A stretch of 64,000 nt of DNA from Acidobacteriota bacterium (GTDB lineage Bacteria > Acidobacteriota > UBA890 > WLXD01), in contig CBDBHB010000009.1 of assembly GCA_965205505.1 (NCBI GenBank), positions 1,600,001-1,664,000 on the forward strand, in the 5' to 3' direction. This document shows positions 57,833 to 64,000 of this stretch, piece after piece. Every line of letters starts with the position of its first letter. The stretch's first letter is position 1. The notes beneath the pieces are model-generated. The model saw only the letters and a program-made list of their open reading frames with translations, was not told the DNA's origin and did no database searches. The translations under genes were made by a program, and so were the position numbers.

Positions 57833-58099
57833 ACGTCGGCCGGGCGATGAGCCGGTCAATAGCACTAGCGCCATGCCTCTCCGCTGTGGATCTCACCGCA
57901 GCGCCTTCGGCGGCGTTGCAGATCGGTGCAGCGATGCCCAGCGAAACGCGTGGCGAAAGGAAAGGTTTGCAGGCATCGAATCCGATTGGCAAGAACTCGA
58001 CTACGTACGCTACACAGCGGAGCGTCGGGCTGATCGATAACTGATGGCGGTAGCGGAGGGGCGCACGGGGACCTTCCCGTCGACGCCAGCCGTCACTCG

Positions 58100-59422
58100 T
58101 CAGTAAGGCAACGCCTGCCCGATGTCACCCGCAACGGCGGCCATGTACCACCTGATGAACCCTGCCGGCATCACTTTCCCGAGCTCGTGCGTGGCGTAGC
58201 GTCCCGACCGGTAGGCGCCGGAGCAGATCCCGGCGTGGTTGTTCTCGCACAACCAGATGTCCTCAAGGAGCGTAACGAGCCACAACTCCTTCAGCCTCTC
58301 CGGGTCGTAATCCACGTCTCGCTTCGCATTCGGGTGCACCAGCCAGAGGCACTCAACATCGGTGAGGTCGATATCACGGGGCGTGAATCGAACCGCGAAG
58401 ACGTAGTCGTCGTAGCCGAGCCAGTAACTGCTCGACCAACCCGTAGCGGTCTCGCTTTGCGTAACCCTGGTGCGCTTGATGGCGGGAAGCAGCGGTGCCG
58501 CCGGCTTGCCGTCCATCGTGCCGCTGACGTAGTCCTGAGCCCACCATTCCCGTTTTCCGGGCACCGTGAGGTCAGAGCCCGGGTGCACGTGGCAAAGGTA
58601 CTCGTGGGACGGCCCACAGTGGTAGCACTCCAGGAAGTTCTCTAGCGCCAGCTTCCAGTTGGCGTGCATCGGAACGTAGACTCGCTCGCCGACCTTCAAT
58701 TGCGCGGTGCCGTGTCTTTGACCCACCTTGCGACGGAAGGGCTCGACTGCTGAGACGAAGTCCGGCGGTTCCAGCTCTCGTGACAGGTTCACGAAGATGA
58801 AGCCGTCTGCGGTGCGGACGTGGCAGGGGATCAGGCCGTTGTCCGCCGGGTCGAAGTCCTCCTGCATGCCGTAGGCGTACACGAGCTTTCCGTCCAGGTC
58901 GTAGGTCCAGGCGTGGTACGGGCACCGGAACACCGGCGTGTTGCCCGTCTGCTCCAGCTGTCGAACCGACAGGCGGGGATCCTCCGGGATGACGTCGCCG
59001 TCGTGGCGACATAGCCGGGATCCTCGATGTCGGCAGACGTTGTAATAGGCGCGCACCGCGCCGGCGTCGTCGCGCAGGATGATGACGCTCTCGCTGCGAC
59101 CGTACTCGAACACGAAGTAGTCGCCCGGCTCGGCGATCCTGCTGTCGTGATCGACCATGAGCCAGAAATGATCGGCCACTAAACGCTCATCGAACAGGTA
59201 GCGCCCCTCGTCCGTGTAGTACTCCGCGGGGGTGGTCCAGTTTCTGCGCCAACCTTTGGGGTATTTCTGCTCCCCCGGCGGAGCTTCTGTGCTCGTATCC
59301 GGAATCGCCCTGGCGAGCAGTTTGGTCGGGAGTCCGGTGGCGGCCGCGGCGTACGCCGCAACGGCGCTGCGCGCAAGATCACGCCGGCTCGACTTATTGC
59401 CTGTGTTGTCTTTCTTGCTCAT
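58100..59422 (-). CDS. Rieske non-heme iron oxygenase alpha subunit (GbcA/choline monooxygenase-like) with Tat-like leader
   Basis: NVCRHRG...CPYHAW Rieske ligands; NWK...ENFLECYHC...H and ED...CE iron ligands; N-terminal SRRDL plus Ala-rich segment. Confidence 0.92.
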   Translation of the reverse strand: MSKKDNTGNKSSRRDLARSAVAAYAAAATGLPTKLLARAIPDTSTEAPPGEQKYPKGWRRNWTTPAEYYTDEGRYLFDERLVADHFWLMVDHDSRIAEPGDYFVFEYGRSESVIILRDDAGAVRAYYNVCRHRGSRLCRHDGDVIPEDPRLSVRQLEQTGNTPVFRCPYHAWTYDLDGKLVYAYGMQEDFDPADNGLIPCHVRTADGFIFVNLSRELEPPDFVSAVEPFRRKVGQRHGTAQLKVGERVYVPMHANWKLALENFLECYHCGPSHEYLCHVHPGSDLTVPGKREWWAQDYVSGTMDGKPAAPLLPAIKRTRVTQSETATGWSSSYWLGYDDYVFAVRFTPRDIDLTDVECLWLVHPNAKRDVDYDPERLKELWLVTLLEDIWLCENNHAGICSGAYRSGRYATHELGKVMPAGFIRWYMAAVAGDIGQALPY

Positions 59423-59888
59423 GCCGTTTCCCTCTATCCGCGCAGAACTCCGGCCGGGGACATCGTGCCACTCGACCGGGTGCAGCGCATCGACTTCGTG
59501 TTGCAGTAAGAATAGCTGTAATTAGCATGCACCGGAAATGTGGAGCGAATCTACGCTCTCCCAGAGGGGAGAGGGGGGTCCGTTGCGTTGTTGCATTAGG
59601 GGCCCAAGTGGTCCACTGCGTCAGGGGAAACTAACTAGCAATACGCTGCCGCGGTTATCTTGCGGTGTGTTACGTGTTGCTAGGATCACAAGGGGGTAAA
59701 ACCCTTAAATCCGAGCCTTTTGACGCTGGAGAAGGAGGGCTCGGTTAATCGAAGCGCAATCTGCGGAAATCCGTTGCGCTGTTGCCCCTCACTCGACCGC
59801 AGGAGCCGCCGCGGGCATCGGGGTCGTTCCGATCGCAGGATTGCGAGAAGGTGCAAGGTCATAGTTGGCTCTACACAGCGAGGTGACT

Positions 59889-60068
59889 GACGAGATCCTC
59901 CGCGGTGACCGCGAGCTGGTGCAGACCGTGCGCGGCGACATCACCATCGACTGGACGCTGGGGAGAACGTACGCGGGCACCTCCGCATGCTGGTTAAGCG
60001 GATCCTGCGCCGTTACAGCTACCCGCCCGACAAGCAGGAAAAGGCGACGCGGACGGTGCTGGAAGTAA
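59889..60068 (+). pseudogene. HsdR DUF3387 extreme C-terminal fragment, frameshifted
   Basis: [22 protein letters not shown] / [34 protein letters not shown]. Confidence 0.85.
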
Positions 60069-60087
60069 CTGTCGAGGCGCCTGCCTG

Positions 60088-60290
60088 CTAGGCCCCGTAG
60101 CGCAACCGAGCAACCGCACCGCGCGAGGCGAGCTCACCGTGAGCGTAGCGTGCTGGCATGGTCGGTGAGAGCCACCGACCAGCCTGTTGCATCTCGACCA
60201 GGCCAGCACCAGCGCGGCGCATGGCACGATCCGACAGGCGCCCGCGCACCGTGCCACCCCGGTCGATGCGCTGAAACAGGGGCGCATCGG
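60088..60290 (-). pseudogene. Cre-like tyrosine recombinase remnant (internally deleted)
   Basis: APLFQRIDRGG...LSDRA is joined to RAGAGLVEMQQAGRWLSPTMPARY; the HxxR box is missing. Confidence 0.7.
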
Positions 60291-60474
60291 CTTCGTCGGT
60301 ACCCAGATCTATGGTCAGGAAGACTTCGTCGCCGAGCTGCTCCACGGCGTAAACGGCCACGAAGTTGAGGTGGTTGATCGCCGCCATTGCCCCCGATAGC
60401 CGCACGGGATATTTCTCGTCAGAGACGCCCACCAGCGCATCTACGGGTTCCCAGAGCCCGAACTCCCGTACCCC

Positions 60475-63447
60475 CTACGCAGCTTCGTAGGTGATCGAGA
60501 AGACAGTATCCGTCAGCCACCGGCGGAACGACTCGTTGTCACTGAACTGCTTGAACAGCTCCGTGTCGTCTTTCAGCAACGCCGTCATCACCCGCCGGAG
60601 CGCCTTGTCGTGCTCAATCCGCGCGTTCTGCTTGTCGGAGTTCTGCTTGGCGTTCTGGTAAGCACTGTCGGCCGCCACGCGGTTCGGGATGTCCTCCGTG
60701 ATAAGTCGGTGGACGCGGTCGCCATCGGTCCATGGGATGTTCCCGAACTGGTCGTTGAAGGTCTTGAGGATGTTCGAGAGGCGGTCGAGCTCGGGTTCCG
60801 GCCTGTGGCCAGCGCCGGTACCCGGGACCGGCTCGATCTCGGCCTCCTCGTCCGCCAGTTGGACCTGTCTCGCTGCCTTCTTCTCGACCCGGTAGCTGTC
60901 CATGTCGATGAGCTCAAGAATGCCTTGGGACAGATCCTCTTGCACCGGTGCGGGGAGCTTCGGCACCAGGAAGTTCAGGAAGATAGAGAGCTTCTCCCAC
61001 TCGGCGTTCGTGTAAGGCAGGATCGAGGCCAGAAAGCCGTATACGCGCCCGAACGCCTTGGCCTTGCCCTTGAAGTCCACCTGCCCGTCCTCGTCCAACT
61101 GCTCCTTGTAGACCGCTACGCAGGCGTCGAGGATGGGGTCGAGACGGTCACGGTCAGCCCCTTCCAGGTAGAGCGTCACGAGCTGGTCGATCTGCGCGTC
61201 GGCATACACCTGATAACCGTCGAGCGCCGCCTTGAGGTCGTGCAGCTTGTTGGGGTCCGTCTCCTCGCTGAGGATCGTCGTGCGGTAGTAATCGGCAAAC
61301 GCCTCTTGGATGGCGTCGGCATCGTTCATGAAGTCGAGAACGAACACGTCGTGTTTCTTCGGATGCGCCCTGTTGAGACGCGACAGCGTCTGCACCGCCT
61401 TGATCCCGGACAAGATCTTATCCACGTACATCGTGTGCAACAGCGGCTCGTCGTACCCGGTCTGGAACTTGTCGGCACAAATGAGGAACCGATACGGGTC
61501 GTGCTGGATCTCGTCGGCGATCCGCCCGGAGGGGAAGCCATTCAGGGACGCTTCACTGACCTGCGCCCCGCCATACTCGTGCTCGCCTGAGAACGCGACG
61601 ATGGCCTGATACGGACTCTTGCGCTCCACGAGGTACTGCCGGATCGCGTGGTAGTACTGGATTGCGCGCTGGATGCCGCTTGTCACCACCATCGCGCGTG
61701 CGTTGCCACCGATCTTGTTGAGCGCCAGCACCTGTTCGTGAAAGTGGTCCACCATGATCTCGGCCTTGAGCTGGATGGCATGCTCATGGCTCTCGACATA
61801 GCGGCGCAGCTTCTTCCGGGCGCGCTTGGTGTCGAATTCGGGATCACCCTCGATCTTCTTGATGAGCTTGTAGTAGCTCTCGACCGGCGTGTAGTGCTGC
61901 AGCACGTCCAGGATGAAGCCCTCCTGGATCGCCTGCTTCATGGTGTAGCTGTGGAAGGAGCGGTGCTTGCTCTGCCCGCCCGCGCCGTACGCCTCGCCGA
62001 AGATCTCCAGCGTCTTGTTCTTGGGCGTGGCAGTGAAGGCAAAGTAGCTCGCGTTCGGCAGGAGCTTCCGCGCCGCCATGATGCGGTTGATCCTGTCCTC
62101 GGTGGTCTCCTCCTCCTGCTCGGCGCCCGCCTCCGAGAGCGCCATATGGACCGCCGCTGCGGTCTTGCCGCCCTGGCTCGAATGCGCCTCGTCGATAAGG
62201 ATGGCGAAGCGCCGGCCCCGCTGCTCGTTGCCGATCTCATCGAGGATGAACGGGAACTTCTGCACCGTCGAGATGATGATCTTCTTGCCGCTCTCGATAA
62301 ACGCGCGGAGATTTGCCGAGCGTTCGGCATGCCCGACGGTGGCCCCAACTTGGGCGAACTGCTTGATCGTGTCGCGGATCTGCTGGTCGAGGATGCGTCG
62401 GTCCGTGACCACGATGATGGAGTCGAACACCTCCGCGTCGTCTTTCCGTAGCCCGATCAACTGGTGCGCAAGCCAGGCGATGGAGTTGGACTTGCCGCTA
62501 CCGGCCGAATGCTGAATGAGATACTGCTTCCCTGCGCCGTGCTGGCAAGTATCGGCCAAGAGCCGACGCACCACGTCGAGCTGGTGGTAGCGGGGCCAGA
62601 TCTGCACCCTCCTCTTCTTGCCTGTCTTGTCGTCCTTGGTCTGGACGATCTGGGCGTAGTTCTCCAGGATGTTGGTCAGGCTGTCGCGGGTGAGCAGGCG
62701 CTTCCAGAGGTAGTCGGTCTTGAGGCCATCCGGATTCGGCGGGTTGCCGGCACCGTCGTTGTAGCCCTGGTTGAAGGGCAGGAACCACGAGCCCTTGCCC
62801 TTGAGGTGCGTGCAGAACCGCACCTCGTTGTCATCCGCGGCGAAGTGCGCCACGCAGCGGCCGAACTCGAACAGCTTCTCGCGCGGGTCGCGGTCACGCT
62901 TGTACTGCTGCACGGCATCCTGGACTGTCTGCTTCGTCAGGCTATTCTTCAGCTCGAACGTGGCGACCGGCAGGCCGTTGATGAACAGGCCGAGGTCGAG
63001 CGCGAGCTGGGTTTCGTCACGGCTGTAGCGGAGCTGGCGCGTGACCGAGAAGCGGTTCTGGGCGTAGCGTTCAGTGGCGAGAGGGTTATCGGGAGACGGC
63101 GTGCCGTAGAACAGTTCGACGTGATGCGGCCCGTCTTTGACCCCCTTGCGGAGCACGTCGATGACGCCGCGCTTGCTGACCTCACCTTGGAGGCGCGCCA
63201 GGAACTTCCGGCGCGCTGGCCCGTCGTCTTCCAGGTGCAACCCCTCGAACCCATCCGGTTGCGTTTCGACGAGGAATGCCCGCAGCTGCGCCAGATCGAC
63301 CGTGTATTCCCGGTCGTACTCGTTGGGGTGGCCGCAGATCCATCCGGCTCCGCATGAAGGAGTGGCAGCTTCGCCATCGCAGGCACTGCCGGTCAAGGCT
63401 GTGCAGATCAGCCGTTCGAGTCCGCGTTCGCTCGTGTCGGTTGTCAC
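60475..63447 (-). CDS. hsdR: Type I restriction enzyme R subunit
   Basis: D...NGLP...ELK nuclease motif; HSAGSGKS, DEAH, FTATP, KFQTGYD and QTLSRLNR helicase motifs. Confidence 0.96.
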   Translation of the reverse strand: MTTDTSERGLERLICTALTGSACDGEAATPSCGAGWICGHPNEYDREYTVDLAQLRAFLVETQPDGFEGLHLEDDGPARRKFLARLQGEVSKRGVIDVLRKGVKDGPHHVELFYGTPSPDNPLATERYAQNRFSVTRQLRYSRDETQLALDLGLFINGLPVATFELKNSLTKQTVQDAVQQYKRDRDPREKLFEFGRCVAHFAADDNEVRFCTHLKGKGSWFLPFNQGYNDGAGNPPNPDGLKTDYLWKRLLTRDSLTNILENYAQIVQTKDDKTGKKRRVQIWPRYHQLDVVRRLLADTCQHGAGKQYLIQHSAGSGKSNSIAWLAHQLIGLRKDDAEVFDSIIVVTDRRILDQQIRDTIKQFAQVGATVGHAERSANLRAFIESGKKIIISTVQKFPFILDEIGNEQRGRRFAILIDEAHSSQGGKTAAAVHMALSEAGAEQEEETTEDRINRIMAARKLLPNASYFAFTATPKNKTLEIFGEAYGAGGQSKHRSFHSYTMKQAIQEGFILDVLQHYTPVESYYKLIKKIEGDPEFDTKRARKKLRRYVESHEHAIQLKAEIMVDHFHEQVLALNKIGGNARAMVVTSGIQRAIQYYHAIRQYLVERKSPYQAIVAFSGEHEYGGAQVSEASLNGFPSGRIADEIQHDPYRFLICADKFQTGYDEPLLHTMYVDKILSGIKAVQTLSRLNRAHPKKHDVFVLDFMNDADAIQEAFADYYRTTILSEETDPNKLHDLKAALDGYQVYADAQIDQLVTLYLEGADRDRLDPILDACVAVYKEQLDEDGQVDFKGKAKAFGRVYGFLASILPYTNAEWEKLSIFLNFLVPKLPAPVQEDLSQGILELIDMDSYRVEKKAARQVQLADEEAEIEPVPGTGAGHRPEPELDRLSNILKTFNDQFGNIPWTDGDRVHRLITEDIPNRVAADSAYQNAKQNSDKQNARIEHDKALRRVMTALLKDDTELFKQFSDNESFRRWLTDTVFSITYEAA

Positions 63448-63682
63448 ACCGCGGCCTTCTCGGGGGTGGCAAGCTCGTCGCTGTGTTCTTCCTCGCTGTT
63501 GATGAGAACCTCAGCCTCGTCTAGATGCTCGGGCCCCTCGGCCTCATCCGGTAGCCGGGACGCCGCCTCCCGCACGTCGAGCTTGCCGGTGACGACGTCG
63601 GCGATTAGGCGAGTGCGATACTGAGTCAGGTGTTGAATCTGACGTTCAACTGCGTCAGAGGCAGCTGCCAATTTGCTGGCCT
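63444..63682 (-). pseudogene. hsdS: Type I specificity subunit 3' fragment, interrupted by IS3
   Basis: QIQHLTQYRTRLIADVVTGKLDVRE is the conserved HsdS end; GTGA overlap with hsdR. Confidence 0.85.
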
Positions 63683-64000
63683 TGGAGGTTGACCCAAACC
63701 CCGAAAACGGTGCCAGGTTGATGTTTAGGAAATCGGTGTACCGTCGTCCTCCAAGCAGGAGGACAGATGAAGCGGAAGAGGTACACGGACGAGCAGATCG
63801 CCTACGCGCTGCGGCAGGCTGAGGCGGGCACGCCGATCAAGGAGGTGTGTCGCAAGCTGGGCGTCAGCGAGCAGACGTTGTACACGTGGCGCCGCAAGTT
63901 CGCCGGGATGGGCGTGGCCGAACTTCGGGAGCTACGACAACTCCGCCATGAGAACCGGAAGTTGAAGCAGCTGGTGGCAGATCTGAGCTTGGACAAGCAC
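63683..64000 (+). mobile_element. IS3-family insertion sequence (left end)
   Basis: TG-starting end at ~63683 where the HsdS-like sequence stops; orfA follows. Confidence 0.85.
63767..64000 (+). CDS. IS3-family transposase OrfA (IS407-group-like), partial
   Basis: AGGAGG RBS; MKRKRYTDEQIAYALRQAEAG...CRKLGVSEQTLYTWRRKF...ENRKLKQLVADLSLDK. Confidence 0.93.
   Translation, partial: MKRKRYTDEQIAYALRQAEAGTPIKEVCRKLGVSEQTLYTWRRKFAGMGVAELRELRQLRHENRKLKQLVADLSLDKH

Larger units (their letters stand above)
57496..64000. mobile_element. Second genomic island (left end only), inserted in the kinase gene
   Basis: GTCAT-N6-ATGAC core-like site at the break; tandem AAAAYGTCAT repeats at 57606-57627; recombinase remnants, R-M genes and an IS. 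Confidence 0.7.

Noticed and set aside
1-64000. Many long overlapping or antisense ORFs in the supplied track (e.g. 91-867, 684-1754, 6442-7584, 37341-38765, 60610-61590)
   Set aside because: Shadow ORFs expected in GC-rich DNA. They overlap genes with clear family motifs and have Arg/Pro/Ala-rich, motif-free translations.

Overview
GC-rich bacterial chromosomal window (gene content suggests an environmental Acidobacteria/Gemmatimonadota-like organism; this is inference). The backbone carries peptidases, eda, gloA, transporters (ABC with a lipocalin-like partner, TRAP, MFS, POT), secreted beta-propeller proteins, a GGDEF-EAL protein, an acyl-CoA ligase, Lhr helicase and an S1/P1 nuclease. Three accessory regions interrupt it. 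(1) A ~10.6 kb PICI-like satellite (3412-14018) is inserted in the 3' end of a DUF1684 gene whose last 15 codons reappear at 14019-14066. It encodes an integrase, AlpA, a DUF3631 replication protein with iteron-like repeats, a cos-like site, a PLD-nuclease/TerS(Nu1) fusion, a RelE-HTH-third-gene triad and an acyltransferase, and carries a tRNA-Pro 3' remnant at its right end. (2) In a ~3 kb array (45.5-48.6 kb), small accessory genes alternate with fragments of a repeated small HhH-like ORF and with CTAG-flanked MITEs; collapsed 25-bp versions of these MITEs occur elsewhere in the window. (3) A second island starts at ~57500 inside a Ser/Thr kinase gene and runs off the window. It holds two recombinase remnants, a Rieske oxygenase with a Tat-like leader, and a type I R-M locus whose hsdS is cut by an IS3 element. 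No rRNA, complete tRNA or CRISPR array was seen. All family assignments are by motif recognition, without database searches.
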